A stretch of DNA of 64,000 nt, taken from positions 422,831 to 486,830 of the forward strand of contig CAYPKR010000001.1 of assembly GCA_964411375.1 (NCBI GenBank). The letters run 5' to 3'. This DNA comes from an uncultured Candidatus Saccharibacteria bacterium (GTDB lineage Bacteria > Patescibacteriota > Minisyncoccia > Phycocordibacterales > UBA12088). This document shows positions 53,448 through 63,829 of the stretch, one piece after another; within the stretch, counting starts at the first letter, position 1, and each line of letters begins with the position of its first letter. The notes beneath the pieces are model-generated. The model had not been told where the DNA came from. It searched no databases and was given only the letters and a program-made list of their open reading frames with translations. The translations under genes were made by a program, and so were the position numbers.

Positions 53448-54794
53448 ATGAATCTCATCGGCAATCCTAGAGCATCCTTTTTTATCTGGCTGACGTTTGG
53501 CGGAGTATTTCTCCTTGGCATTGCGGCGACGGTGTATGTGTATGGGACGGTCGATACTTTTCTGAAGCAGGGGATCGTAGCGCGCGCTGAAACAATCGCC
53601 TCTGCGCTTGATCCGGAAATGGTTAACTCACTCTCGGGATCAGAAGCAGACCTTCTAAATCCATCATACGATCTTCTGAAGTCGCGCATGCAAGATATTC
53701 ATGCGGTCAACCATGATTCTCGCTTCGTATATCTTATGGGGAAGCGAATAGATGGAACCGTTTTCTTTTATGTTGATTCTGAAAATCCTTCGTCAGAAGA
53801 TTATTCGCCACCCGGACAAACCTACGATGAAGCGAGTGAGTTGGTTCGAAACATGTTTGAGAGCAAACAAGCGGCGATTGAAGTTGCTTCGGATCGTTGG
53901 GGCTCGTGGGTTTCGGGACTCGCGCCGATTATTGATTTGCGAACAGGAGACACGGTTGCGATTGCTGGTATCGACATCGATATGAAGAGTTATACGCCTA
54001 CTCTTGCGGCGTACGCTTCAGTCCCGCTCTCTGCAACCATCATAATTCTCCTTGTACTTTTCATGGCGTATCGAAGGCGCATTGAGGAAGAACGTCGAAT
54101 CAACGCGCGCGCAGAACTCCTTGCAGTCGCGTCCCACGAAATCCGCGCTCCGCTCACTGGAATCCGATGGGCGGCAGAATCCATTCTAACTAATACTGAA
54201 TCGCTTCCATCTGAAATACGGAAAAAACTTGAAAGCGTGTATGAAAGTAGCCTCCTCATTATTGACAGGATAAGCAATCTTTTGACTGCCAACGCGCTTG
54301 AACACAAAGGAGCACCAAAACCATTTGAAATCGTGCCGCTCCGACCACAGATCGAAAACGCGATCAGTATGATTTTGCTCGTTGCGGAAGAGAAATCGCT
54401 CAAAGTATCTCTCGATGATTCGCTGTCCGAGAATATCCAGATTTCCGGAGATATCGAAAAAATACAGACGCTTTTTGCAAACCTGATATCGAATGCCGTG
54501 AAATATGCGGACTCAAATACCGAGGTCAAAATAGGATTTACTGAAAAAGAAGGCGGATATCAAATAACTATTTCAAATATCGGAGACGAGATTCCCGCAA
54601 AAGACTTGCCACATATTTTCTCCGGCTATTATCGTGGCTCCAATGTTGCGGGTAAAACTGAAGGAACAGGTATGGGACTCTTTCTGGTTGAAAAAATTGT
54701 TCTTATGCATGGCGGTACGGTAGGTGTCGAATCAAAAGGAAAGGAAACAATATTTACCGTCACGCTTCCAAAAGTAGCGGAGAAGAAAAAATAA
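53448..54794 (+). CDS. Sensor histidine kinase with a periplasmic sensing domain between two TM helices.
   Basis: HisKA H-box LAVASHEIRAPLTGI; HATPase N-box ISNAVKYAD; G-boxes GTGMGLFLVEKIV. Confidence 0.75.
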   Translation: MNLIGNPRASFFIWLTFGGVFLLGIAATVYVYGTVDTFLKQGIVARAETIASALDPEMVNSLSGSEADLLNPSYDLLKSRMQDIHAVNHDSRFVYLMGKRIDGTVFFYVDSENPSSEDYSPPGQTYDEASELVRNMFESKQAAIEVASDRWGSWVSGLAPIIDLRTGDTVAIAGIDIDMKSYTPTLAAYASVPLSATIIILLVLFMAYRRRIEEERRINARAELLAVASHEIRAPLTGIRWAAESILTNTESLPSEIRKKLESVYESSLLIIDRISNLLTANALEHKGAPKPFEIVPLRPQIENAISMILLVAEEKSLKVSLDDSLSENIQISGDIEKIQTLFANLISNAVKYADSNTEVKIGFTEKEGGYQITISNIGDEIPAKDLPHIFSGYYRGSNVAGKTEGTGMGLFLVEKIVLMHGGTVGVESKGKETIFTVTLPKVAEKKK

Positions 54795-54842
54795 AATAGC
54801 GCCGACAGCGCGCGTTACCAAAAAGCGAGAATTATTTTTCTC

Positions 54843-55214
54843 CTACAGAATTTTGCTTTTCACTGTCTCTACAATAGAAGAGAGGGAATGATCTGCTTTG
54901 AGAATATACGTCGTTATGCCGGCACCAATGGCTTCCGCCAAATGGCCCCCATCGTCGTTGTTGGTCAGTACGATAATCGGAATATTTTTTGTTGCATCCG
55001 TTTTTGCAATTTTTTCTGCAAGCGCGAGCCCATCCATGCCAGGAAGCGTTACGTCAGTCACGACAATGTCCGGCTTTTCATTTTCAATTTTTGCCCAACC
55101 CTCCTCAGCCGTTTTTGAAACAGTCACCAAAAAACCTGCCGCCTCAAGATGTTCGGCAAGTGAGTCGGAAAGTGTTGAGTCGTCCTCGACGAGGACAATA
55201 TGCTTTTCACCCAT
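54843..55214 (-). CDS. Single-domain response regulator (CheY-like receiver).
   Basis: IVLVEDD...DIVVTDVTLPGMDG (phospho-acceptor Asp) ...K near the C-terminus. Confidence 0.7.
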   Translation of the reverse strand: MGEKHIVLVEDDSTLSDSLAEHLEAAGFLVTVSKTAEEGWAKIENEKPDIVVTDVTLPGMDGLALAEKIAKTDATKNIPIIVLTNNDDGGHLAEAIGAGITTYILKADHSLSSIVETVKSKIL

Positions 55215-55254
55215 TAAGTCTAGTGTAGCAGAGTCCGAATAGGGAGCAACTAAG

Positions 55255-56478
55255 TTATTCGTAGCGCAGAGCTTCGATCGGATTCATGTTTGCGGCGCGG
55301 CGCGCAGGATAATATCCAAAAATAATGCCGATCGCGCCGGAGACTCCAAACGCAAGTGCGATTGCCGTAATTGATACGCTGGTTGTTACGAGTCCCGAAT
55401 AATTAACTGCGAATGAAATAGCGCTCCCCAGAACGATCCCGATCACGCCGCCAATAAGCGTAAGCGCGATTGCTTCGGCAAGAAATTGCCGGCTGATATC
55501 TGATTTTTTCGCGCCAATTGCTTTTCGGAGACCGATTTCCCGGGTTCGTTCGGTGACAGTGGTGAGCATCATATTCATAATGCCGATGCCGCCAACGAGA
55601 AGGGAAATGCCTGCGATTGCACCAAGGAGAATTGTCAGCGTTCCGGTAATTGCCGATGCGCTTGCAAGAATATCTGCTTGATTGATAACGCTAAAGTCGG
55701 CAGCCGTTGGATCACTAATATGATGGCGAGAAAGAAGAAGATCAGTGATGTCACTTTGAATTTGTGTCATTGAATCTGCGTCGGTTGCTTGGACGTCGAT
55801 CGAAGTTAGATATTGATTTCCCGCAAGAAATCGTTTTGCGCTCTCTACCGGAATATAAATAATATCGTCCTGATTGGTGAATCCGGAACCGCCTTTCGGT
55901 GCGGTAACCCCAACGACTTTAAATTCCATTCCCTTGATGCGAATTGTCTGCCCCACCACGCTCGTTGCGTCTTCACCAAAAAGGTCAGTCACTACCGTTG
56001 GACCAATCACTGCAACTTTGGCGAGTGAGGAATTTTGTTGATCAGTAATGAATGTTCCATCTGTGATAGATACATTTCGAATTGCTGGATAATTTGAACC
56101 GGTTCCAAGAACGGTAGTGTTGGTGTTGGTTCCTTTCGCGGTCACTTGATAGCGTCCCGACACTTCTGAGTTGATCGCCTGCACGTTAGAGATTTCTGCA
56201 ATCGCTTCAGCATCCTCGCTGGTGAGCGTACGTGCGCCTCCTCGTCCGCCGGAGGCTGCGAATCCTTGGGTGCGCTGCGCGCCGGGCATCACAATCAGCA
56301 AATTCGATCCAAGAGATTCGATGCTTGATTGTATCGAACTCTGCGCGCCTTGGCCGATTGAGACCAACGCAATCACGGAGGAAATACCAATGACAATGCC
56401 AAGAACGGTCAAACTCGAGCGCGTTTTGTTCGCGGAGAGTGCGGTGTATGTTTCTTGGAGTGTATCTTTGAGGGTCAT
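55255..56478 (-). CDS. MacB/FtsX-family ABC transporter permease.
   Basis: Start taken at MTLKDTLQETYTALSANKTRSSLTVLGIVIGISSV (TM1), 1 nt downstream of the ATPase stop. Large periplasmic domain, then three C-terminal TM helices (FtsX). Confidence 0.75.
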   Translation of the reverse strand: MTLKDTLQETYTALSANKTRSSLTVLGIVIGISSVIALVSIGQGAQSSIQSSIESLGSNLLIVMPGAQRTQGFAASGGRGGARTLTSEDAEAIAEISNVQAINSEVSGRYQVTAKGTNTNTTVLGTGSNYPAIRNVSITDGTFITDQQNSSLAKVAVIGPTVVTDLFGEDATSVVGQTIRIKGMEFKVVGVTAPKGGSGFTNQDDIIYIPVESAKRFLAGNQYLTSIDVQATDADSMTQIQSDITDLLLSRHHISDPTAADFSVINQADILASASAITGTLTILLGAIAGISLLVGGIGIMNMMLTTVTERTREIGLRKAIGAKKSDISRQFLAEAIALTLIGGVIGIVLGSAISFAVNYSGLVTTSVSITAIALAFGVSGAIGIIFGYYPARRAANMNPIEALRYE

Positions 56479-56479
56479 A

Positions 56480-57193
56480 CTAATTTGCGTGGTGGTGCCC
56501 GCGTCGCCGTGAATGCGATTTACTGTCTGACACAATCTGTCCGTCGCGAAGGGTGATAATGCGTTTCGCATGTTCAGCGACATCAGGTTCATGCGTAATC
56601 AAAATAACGGTGCGCCCGTATTTTTCATTCAGTTTTTGAAAGGTGTCGAGCACGATTTCGCCGGTCTTGGTATCGAGGTTTCCGGTCGGCTCATCGGCGA
56701 GGATCAACGTCGGATCATTCACCAGCGCGCGCGCGATCGCGACTCGTTGAATCTGCCCGCCGGAGAGTTCGTTTGATTTGTGGAGAAAATGGCTCTCAGT
56801 AAGACCCGCGGATATAAGCGCCGCTTTTGCGCGCGCTTCCCGCTCTTCTTCGCCAATGCCTCGGTATACCAGTGGCAACATTACGTTTCGAAGCACCGTC
56901 GTGCGGGGAAGCAGGTTGAATGCTTGAAAAACAAAGCCGACTTTATCTTTCCGAATATCTGCAAGATCTTCATCGTCGAGTTTGGAGACATCTTTGTGAT
57001 CAAGGAGATATTTTCCTGACGTTGGCGTATCGAGACATCCGAGAATATGCATCAAGGTTGATTTTCCCGAACCCGACGGACCCATGATCGCGACAAATTC
57101 GCCGTCTTCAATCGTGAAGGAAATACCTCCGAGCGCCTGAAATACGTTCTCGCCTGATCCGTACGACTTCGTAATATTTTCAATTTCAATCAT
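56480..57193 (-). CDS. MacB/LolD-type ABC transporter ATP-binding protein.
   Basis: Walker A GPSGSGKST, Q-loop, signature LSGGQIQRVAIARAL, Walker B ILADEPTGNLD. Confidence 0.85.
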   Translation of the reverse strand: MIEIENITKSYGSGENVFQALGGISFTIEDGEFVAIMGPSGSGKSTLMHILGCLDTPTSGKYLLDHKDVSKLDDEDLADIRKDKVGFVFQAFNLLPRTTVLRNVMLPLVYRGIGEEEREARAKAALISAGLTESHFLHKSNELSGGQIQRVAIARALVNDPTLILADEPTGNLDTKTGEIVLDTFQKLNEKYGRTVILITHEPDVAEHAKRIITLRDGQIVSDSKSHSRRRGHHHAN

Positions 57194-57199
57194 AGGCGG

Positions 57200-58987
57200 T
57201 TATAGCCGAATGCCCGGAGCGCCGAATCCAGCATTTCGAGTCGTGCCGCTGCCAGTTGTGGTTCGCGTCGTTCCGCTCACGGCCGCAGCGGTTCCAGTCG
57301 TTGTTTTTGTAACAATCTGTTCATTCTCTGAAAGGCCAGAAATGATCTCCACGTTGGTATCGTCAGAAATGCCGACTTCTACCGGAACATTTTCAGGAAG
57401 CGTTGCTGAAAGTATCCCTGCGGCGTTGGTAGGATCAGTCGAGCTTGCAGCGCTAATTGGTGGATTAAAGAGCATTACATAACTTGCTCCGTTTTGCGTT
57501 TTAACTGCGCTTGATGGAACGGTGAGCACGTTTTGATGAATCTCGGTAATGATATTCGCATTTACCGTCATTCCGGGTTTTACTTCATCGCTTTGCGTAT
57601 CGAATCCGACTTTAACCGTATAACTCACTACTCCTTGGGTCACCGTTCCAAGCGAATCGATTTCAGCGACTGAACCAGTGAGCGACAAGCCGTCAATTGC
57701 GTCGAATGTAAGCGTAACTTTGTCGCCTACTTTTATTTTTGCAGCGTCGACTTCGTTAAGTGAAAGTTCCGCGATCCGATCGTCGGTTATGAGCGTTGCA
57801 ACCGCGCTTCCGGAAGAGACGCTGTCGTGGTTTTTGACTGCAACTGATGCCAAAACGCCACTAAACGGTGCGCGGATTGAATAATCAGCCAAATTAGATT
57901 CTGCATCCGCAAGTGCATTTTCGGCTTTAGTGACGCTCAAATTGGACGACTGTACGTCGAGTGGATCTGCGCCAGCATTAATCTTGTCGAGTGACTGACG
58001 CTTTTCAGTAATTGATTGGACTCCCGTCGTGAGTGAGCTGATGTCGTTTGCAAGCGTCGTCACATGACTGTTTGTTTCGCTGGTGTACGTAGAGAGGGAA
58101 TTTTGGCTCGTACCAAGTTGTGTCGGAACATTGATGTTGTAAGTCGTCATTCGATCTTTTACGAAGTTCAGAAGATCATTTGTACTTTTCACCGCTTCAG
58201 CAACGGTCTTCGTCGTTGTATATGTTTCATTCAACATTTTTTCGATCGTTGCTTTGTCGGATGCGCGGCTTACATTTTTGTAATCAGCAATCGATGCATC
58301 ATAGGCAGTGCGTGCCGCACGGTATTTTGCTGCTGCATCATCGCGAAACGCAGTTACTCCGGCATCGACATTTTGTACCGAATCTGAATATGCCGAAATA
58401 TTATCCTTGGATCCATGAGAAATGTCGCTGCCATAGAGAATACTTTGAAGACCAGTCATGATCGACGGCAGATCAAGATAGGTATTTGAAATATCGTTGA
58501 AGCTCACATCATAGTTTTTTGCAAGGTCATTCGTTGCTTGAGTCAGCGCATTTTCTGCCTGCGTTTTGGTAAGTGCATCAGCAGGTTCGGTAAGTTTCGC
58601 ATGCGAAATCTGTGCGCTCTCGAGATTCGCCTTTGCGTCTCTCACACTTTTTAGTGCATCAGATGGATCAATCGAAGCGATCAAAGCCCCTGCGCTCACT
58701 TTTTGCCCTGCCTTAACTGCAAGGTAGGTGATATCGCCAGACGCTTTTGGTTTGATATCTACTTGGTTCGATGCTGCAACTTGTCCTGACGCAGAGACCG
58801 AAGAAATAATGGTTCCTTTTGAAACGGTTCCGAGAATATAACGAGTCTCACCTGATGTATTGGTTATTTTTCCATACGCGTAATATCCGACCCCGAGGAG
58901 GATTATCAGAATCAGCCCGGTCCATATTTTATGCCGTTTCGAGAAAGTGGCGGCACTCTCCCACACTCGCCGTATTTTGTGCTTCAT
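57200..58987 (-). CDS. HlyD/MacA-family periplasmic adaptor with a long coiled-coil hairpin.
   Basis: N-terminal TM; lipoyl domain (IKPKASGDITYLAVKAGQKV); extended coiled coil; beta-barrel (IRAPFSGVLASVAV); C-terminal Thr/Gly-rich tail. Confidence 0.65.
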   Translation of the reverse strand: MKHKIRRVWESAATFSKRHKIWTGLILIILLGVGYYAYGKITNTSGETRYILGTVSKGTIISSVSASGQVAASNQVDIKPKASGDITYLAVKAGQKVSAGALIASIDPSDALKSVRDAKANLESAQISHAKLTEPADALTKTQAENALTQATNDLAKNYDVSFNDISNTYLDLPSIMTGLQSILYGSDISHGSKDNISAYSDSVQNVDAGVTAFRDDAAAKYRAARTAYDASIADYKNVSRASDKATIEKMLNETYTTTKTVAEAVKSTNDLLNFVKDRMTTYNINVPTQLGTSQNSLSTYTSETNSHVTTLANDISSLTTGVQSITEKRQSLDKINAGADPLDVQSSNLSVTKAENALADAESNLADYSIRAPFSGVLASVAVKNHDSVSSGSAVATLITDDRIAELSLNEVDAAKIKVGDKVTLTFDAIDGLSLTGSVAEIDSLGTVTQGVVSYTVKVGFDTQSDEVKPGMTVNANIITEIHQNVLTVPSSAVKTQNGASYVMLFNPPISAASSTDPTNAAGILSATLPENVPVEVGISDDTNVEIISGLSENEQIVTKTTTGTAAAVSGTTRTTTGSGTTRNAGFGAPGIRL

Positions 58988-59073
58988 ATGCTCCTAGTAC
59001 GCATAGGTTCGTAATTTGTTACAAGTATAGCAGGGGCGTCTAAAGAGCCTCTCCACCGTGGTAGAATTGCCCT

Positions 59074-59703
59074 ATGTGGAGACGGCCGGTGGCAAACCTG
59101 CTTATTGAATTCGGACCGGTGACGGCGTTTTTCATTTCCTACAAGCTTAAGGGCTTTTTTGTCGCGATCGCGACAATTATGATTGCAACATTTATCGCGG
59201 TTGCAATTGCGCTTATTCGAGATCGCAGGCTCGCACTCTTTCCGCTCTTCGGATTTTTCATGGTAACCATTTTCGGGAGCCTCAGCCTCTTTGTGCGTGA
59301 TGCCGACCTCTTTATTCTTCGTGATACGATCGCTGATCTGACATTTGGAACAATTCTTCTCGCCAGCCTTATTCTGCATAAGCCTGCTCTGAAGCCTATG
59401 TTTGAAGCAACTATGGCGATTACCGACGAAGGATGGTGGAAATTAACGTTCCGTTGGATGATCGTCTATTTTGTCATTGGTTTCTCAAATGAAATCGTTC
59501 GTCGGACGTACTCCGACCACTTCTGGGTATTTTTTAAGGCATTTACGGTCGGCATTTCAATACTCTTTGCACTCTATCAATTCCGACTGACCGCACGTAC
59601 GAGAATTCCTACAGAATCAAATACGTGGGGATTCCGCATCAATACTTCCGAGGTTCAAAAAACGGTATCACGGACTGATGAGTCGACTCTCCGCCCTACC
59701 TAA
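59074..59703 (+). CDS. YciB/IspZ-like inner-membrane protein (intracellular septation protein A family).
   Basis: Five-TM architecture with the family pattern: N-terminal LIEFGPVTAFFISYKL, a central charged loop, then WWKLTFRWMIVYFVIGFSNEIV. Confidence 0.45.
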   Translation: MWRRPVANLLIEFGPVTAFFISYKLKGFFVAIATIMIATFIAVAIALIRDRRLALFPLFGFFMVTIFGSLSLFVRDADLFILRDTIADLTFGTILLASLILHKPALKPMFEATMAITDEGWWKLTFRWMIVYFVIGFSNEIVRRTYSDHFWVFFKAFTVGISILFALYQFRLTARTRIPTESNTWGFRINTSEVQKTVSRTDESTLRPT

Positions 59704-60555
59704 ATGAAATTGAATCAGAAACACATAGTTCGAGGACTCGTAGGACTTGCATTGTTTTTTCTAATTTATTTTCTTGGGCAAATTTCAGATTCTTCACAAA
59801 AAAGTATTGAAAATACTTCGCCGGAACAGGGGACTTCTACTACTCCAGTAACTCAGGAAAATACCGATGTTCAATATTCCGGAACTTCATCACTTCCAGC
59901 GGATGCCACTGGTCCATTTAGTGTGTCGCACGTTGTTGATGGCGATACAGTCACGATTATGAAAGAAGGGAAGGGTGTAACGCTTCGACTTATTGGAATT
60001 AACACGCCAGAAACGGTTGATCCAAGACGGTCCGTTGAATGTTTTGGGAAGGAAGCGTCAGACAAAATGAAAAGTCTGTTGAATGGCAAACAAATATATA
60101 TCGAAGCTGACGCGTCTCAAGACACTTATGACAAATATCAGCGTTTGCTTGCGTATATATTTCTCCAAGATGGCACCAACATAAATCTCAAAATGGTTGC
60201 TGAAGGTTTTGCATACGAGTACACCTACGATACGCCATACAAGTATCAAAAAGAATTCAAGGCAGCAGAAGCAAATGCACGGACAAACAATCTTGGACTG
60301 TGGTCGCCAAATACCTGTGGCGGTAAGAAAACGACTACGTCGACGAAACTCCAATCGGAGTCCCAAGTAGCGAGCGCCGTTTCTGCACTTGCTTCAAACG
60401 AACAATATATTTGCGATCGAAATGCCTACAACTGCACCAATTTTAAAACGCATGCAGAAGCGCAAACAGCATACGAATCTTGTGGAGGAGTAGCTAACGA
60501 TATTCATAAGCTCGATCAGGATCATGACGGTCTTGCATGCGAGACACTTCCATAA
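59704..60555 (+). CDS. Secreted thermonuclease (SNase) with a C-terminal Excalibur Ca-binding domain.
   Basis: Signal anchor. SNase core VVDGDTVTIMKEGKGVTLRLIGINTPE...ARTNNLGLW. Excalibur domain CTNFKTHAEAQTAYESCGGVANDIHKLDQDHDGLACE. Confidence 0.75.
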   Translation: MKLNQKHIVRGLVGLALFFLIYFLGQISDSSQKSIENTSPEQGTSTTPVTQENTDVQYSGTSSLPADATGPFSVSHVVDGDTVTIMKEGKGVTLRLIGINTPETVDPRRSVECFGKEASDKMKSLLNGKQIYIEADASQDTYDKYQRLLAYIFLQDGTNINLKMVAEGFAYEYTYDTPYKYQKEFKAAEANARTNNLGLWSPNTCGGKKTTTSTKLQSESQVASAVSALASNEQYICDRNAYNCTNFKTHAEAQTAYESCGGVANDIHKLDQDHDGLACETLP

Positions 60556-60557
60556 TT

Positions 60558-60950
60558 ATGCTACGTGAAGAATTTGAAAAATTGGTTGACGAAGGATATC
60601 TCCAAATTCCAGAAAAGTTTCGAGAGAAAATAAAGAATGTCGCAATCTTGATTGAAAACGAACCTTCCCTACAATTACGAAAGCAGGAAGAACTTCTAGA
60701 TGATGAAACGCTTCTCGGCTACTATCACGGTGTGCCGCGAACGCATCGTGGATCAGAATATGGGGTCGGTATAACCATGCCGGATACGATCACGCTTTTT
60801 CAGATTCCGATTGAAGAAGAAGCGGAAGGCAATCCCGAAAAAATTAAAAAAGTTGTTGCCGATACCATTTGGCACGAAGTTGGTCACTATTTTGGACTCG
60901 GCGAGGAAGCGGTTAGAAGAAGGGAAAACGAACGCGAGGAGAATGGCTAG
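60558..60950 (+). CDS. Zincin-like metallopeptidase domain protein (DUF1025/SprT-like).
   Basis: The start MLREEF follows the upstream stop. It contains TIWHEVGHYFGLGE, an HExxH zinc-binding motif. Confidence 0.5.
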   Translation: MLREEFEKLVDEGYLQIPEKFREKIKNVAILIENEPSLQLRKQEELLDDETLLGYYHGVPRTHRGSEYGVGITMPDTITLFQIPIEEEAEGNPEKIKKVVADTIWHEVGHYFGLGEEAVRRRENEREENG

Positions 60951-60967
60951 TTTGCTATACTTTTTGT

Positions 60968-61591
60968 ATGAATAAAAATCGACTCGATGCGCTTTCGGAT
61001 GGCGTATTTGCCATCGTTATGACGCTTTTGACGATTGAAATTGGTTTCTCCGGAGATTTTCATGCCGCAAATGATGGGGAGCTGTGGAGCGCACTCGTAT
61101 CGATCACTCCTTTGTTTGTCGCGTACTTTGTGAGTTTTAACGTACTCACGATGTTTTGGGTTTCGCACAACTTTTTATTTCATTCGCTGACCAAAACCAT
61201 TGATCGAGGACTCATTCTACTTAATCTTATTTATCTTTCGTTCGTAGCGCTCATTCCATTTTTTGCAAAAATTGTAGGAAACTATCCCGACTCGCGCCTT
61301 GCAGTACAGCTCTACGGCTTCAATGTGCTCATAATCGGCATTATGACTATCCTGCTTTTCCGGTATGCCAATTGGAGCAAGGAAGTCGAGACTCATGCTA
61401 TATCCTCCCGCATGCAGAAACAGGGAGTCATTCGCCGGTTCATCACCCCTTTCTTTACGATACTAGGCCTCATCGCTACATTTTGGAGTATTCCTGTCGC
61501 ACTTTTCTTCTACGCGCTTCCTATCGTATTCAATACGATTCCCGGTTCCTTAAACTTTCTCGAACGCTTTTTTGGATTCGAGCTTACATAA
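60968..61591 (+). CDS. TMEM175/DUF1211 family potassium channel-like membrane protein.
   Basis: N-terminal RLDALSDGVFAIVMTLLTIEI signature (RxxxFSDGVFAI..TLLVLE); six TM helices. Confidence 0.7.
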   Translation: MNKNRLDALSDGVFAIVMTLLTIEIGFSGDFHAANDGELWSALVSITPLFVAYFVSFNVLTMFWVSHNFLFHSLTKTIDRGLILLNLIYLSFVALIPFFAKIVGNYPDSRLAVQLYGFNVLIIGIMTILLFRYANWSKEVETHAISSRMQKQGVIRRFITPFFTILGLIATFWSIPVALFFYALPIVFNTIPGSLNFLERFFGFELT

Positions 61592-61592
61592 T

Positions 61593-62825
61593 TTATTTTC
61601 CGATTGTTTCAGGATCTGAACCCCTCGCGTAGCTTACAAGCGGAACATTCCGGAGCTTTTTCATCGCCTTTTCGGTAAATTTCCATTCCGCAATCGTTTC
61701 CGCCGCAGAAACGAATCGGTTTTGTTTGCCGATAAGCGCATCGGCAAATAATTTTTCATACGGCTCTTTCACTAATGACTTCGGTATATATTTTTCTGGA
61801 TCAATAGTGGTTGCCCGATCGCTCGTTCGATACGAAATCCGCTCTTTTGGTTGCACATCAAATACCAAGACTTCTCCATTGGTAAAAATAATTTCGATGG
61901 AAACGCTATTTTCTCTAAGCGCTTTTCCTGATCGAAGGAAAAAGGGAATCCCTTTCCATCTTGAAATATTTACTCGTGCTTCGATTGAAAAGTAGGTTTC
62001 AGTGTCTGATTCAGGCGAAACACCTGCTTCGTTCAAATATCCTGAATATTGGGCACATATTGGCTTCATTTTACCGATCGAAAGGTTTCCGAGAACCGAA
62101 TCAGGAGGCGCGGCAACCGCACGAAGCATTTGGAGTAAATGATTTTGTCCCACATCGAGAAATGCGCCGACTTGATCATAAAACGACGCGCGACCCGAGA
62201 CATCAATCTTCTCTAAAAGGGAAATACGAACTTCTTGTATGCCATTTTTTGACCAACGTTTTTCAAACGTTGCATTTTTCTTTCGAAAAAGAGGAATCGC
62301 TTCGACAATATTTTTTGCAAGATAGTGATCGATTCGAAAAATTTCTTTTTGCGTAAACATTTTTCGAAGCTCTGCTTCAAGTGTCTTCGCACTCTTCAAA
62401 TTTTCCCCGAATGGCTTTTCAATCAGTATTCGAAGGAATCCATTTTTTCGATTTTTCGCTTTGATTCCGGAGCGTCGTAAGTGCTCGACAGCAACATATG
62501 CTGTTTTTGGTGGAAGTGCTGCATAGATAAGCGCATTTGCTCCTTTGGGGATTGTCCCGGTAAGTTCTGCATATCCTGTCGGATCATCAATTTCTCCTGA
62601 CACATAGGAAAATAAGGCAAGAAATCGCTCGCTTCCTATGTGAGGCCTGAGAAACGCTTGAAATCCTGCATCAGTAAAGCTTCTTCTACCGTATGCAATA
62701 AATCGTACGTCTTGTGGAAACATGTCGCGTCCATAGAGTGTATGAAGTGCCGGTAAAATTTTCTTCACAAACAAATCTCCAGTCGCGCCGAAAAGAATAA
62801 TTCTAAGTGGTTTCATTGATTTCAC
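61593..62825 (-). CDS. zwf: Glucose-6-phosphate 1-dehydrogenase.
   Basis: RIILFGATGDLFVKKILPAL (NADP-binding GxxGDLA motif) and EIFRIDHYLAKN (active-site RIDHYLGK motif). Confidence 0.8.
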   Translation of the reverse strand: MKSMKPLRIILFGATGDLFVKKILPALHTLYGRDMFPQDVRFIAYGRRSFTDAGFQAFLRPHIGSERFLALFSYVSGEIDDPTGYAELTGTIPKGANALIYAALPPKTAYVAVEHLRRSGIKAKNRKNGFLRILIEKPFGENLKSAKTLEAELRKMFTQKEIFRIDHYLAKNIVEAIPLFRKKNATFEKRWSKNGIQEVRISLLEKIDVSGRASFYDQVGAFLDVGQNHLLQMLRAVAAPPDSVLGNLSIGKMKPICAQYSGYLNEAGVSPESDTETYFSIEARVNISRWKGIPFFLRSGKALRENSVSIEIIFTNGEVLVFDVQPKERISYRTSDRATTIDPEKYIPKSLVKEPYEKLFADALIGKQNRFVSAAETIAEWKFTEKAMKKLRNVPLVSYARGSDPETIGK

Positions 62826-63087
62826 AGGGAAACTGTAGCATATTCGAATTCGCTTGTAAGAAAGACAGGATTCTACCGTAATAAAGAATACGCCGTACTT
62901 TTATGACACTCCCTCACCGTGCTCAATTTTTTCACGGCTACTGATTTCAAGCGGCGATCGCATATTCCGAAACATGAGGGATTCGACCAATTTGACTCGC
63001 GCCTTCTCTATAAGGGAGAGAGGGCGCGTTCGCTTTTCAAGGAAAGAGGTGCGGTATATAGTACGTTTATAACTTCTAATACATAGT

Positions 63088-63762
63088 ATGAAATCGAACA
63101 GCAAATGGTTTTGGATCGGAGGCATTGTCCTCGTAGTCGCTATTTTTCTTATGTGGCTCGGTAATAACAGTTCTTCTATTTCAGGAGGAAGCGACGACCT
63201 TCTTGCGGTAACGGACAGTGATTGGACAAGAGGTGGAGATGCGAATGCACCGGTAACGCTTATTGAATACGGCGACTTCCAGTGCCCTGCATGTGGCGCC
63301 TACTATCCTTTGACCCATCAGCTTGAGATGGATTTCGGAACGCAGCTTCGATTCGTATTCCGTCATTTTCCGCTTCTTGAAGTGCATCCAAACGCAATTC
63401 CAGGAGCGCTTGCCGCAGAAGCCGCAGGAAAGCAAGGAAAATTCTGGGAAATGTACGATAAGCTCTATGAAAATCAGAAAGAATGGGGAGAATCACCAGA
63501 TGCGAAAAGCAAATTCGTAGAATACGCTGTCTCAATTGGCTTGAACAAAGATCAATTCATCGCTGACGAAGATGATTCGACCCTTCTTGCAAAGGTGAAA
63601 CAAAGTCGTTCAAATTCTGAGAAACTTGGACTCAATGGCACCCCGTCGTTCTTCTTGAATGGCAAGAAAATCGAAAACCCTCAAAGCTACCCGTCATTTA
63701 AAGCACTCCTTGAGGCCGCAGGCGCAAAAGCAATAAACGCAAGCACAACCCCAACAAACTAA
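63088..63762 (+). CDS. DsbA-family thiol:disulfide oxidoreductase (membrane-anchored, extracytoplasmic).
   Basis: TM anchor, then LIEYGDFQCPACGAYYP (a CPAC active site in a thioredoxin fold). Confidence 0.75.
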   Translation: MKSNSKWFWIGGIVLVVAIFLMWLGNNSSSISGGSDDLLAVTDSDWTRGGDANAPVTLIEYGDFQCPACGAYYPLTHQLEMDFGTQLRFVFRHFPLLEVHPNAIPGALAAEAAGKQGKFWEMYDKLYENQKEWGESPDAKSKFVEYAVSIGLNKDQFIADEDDSTLLAKVKQSRSNSEKLGLNGTPSFFLNGKKIENPQSYPSFKALLEAAGAKAINASTTPTN

Positions 63763-63772
63763 TCTAATTCAC

Positions 63773-63801
63773 AAAAAAGCCCCTCTTAAGGGGCTTTTTT
63801 C
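63773..63801 (+). terminator. Rho-independent terminator.
   Basis: AAAAGCCCCT-CTTA-AGGGGCTTTTTT. Confidence 0.6.
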
Positions 63802-63829
63802 GTCAGTGCGAGGAAATGCTATAATATGG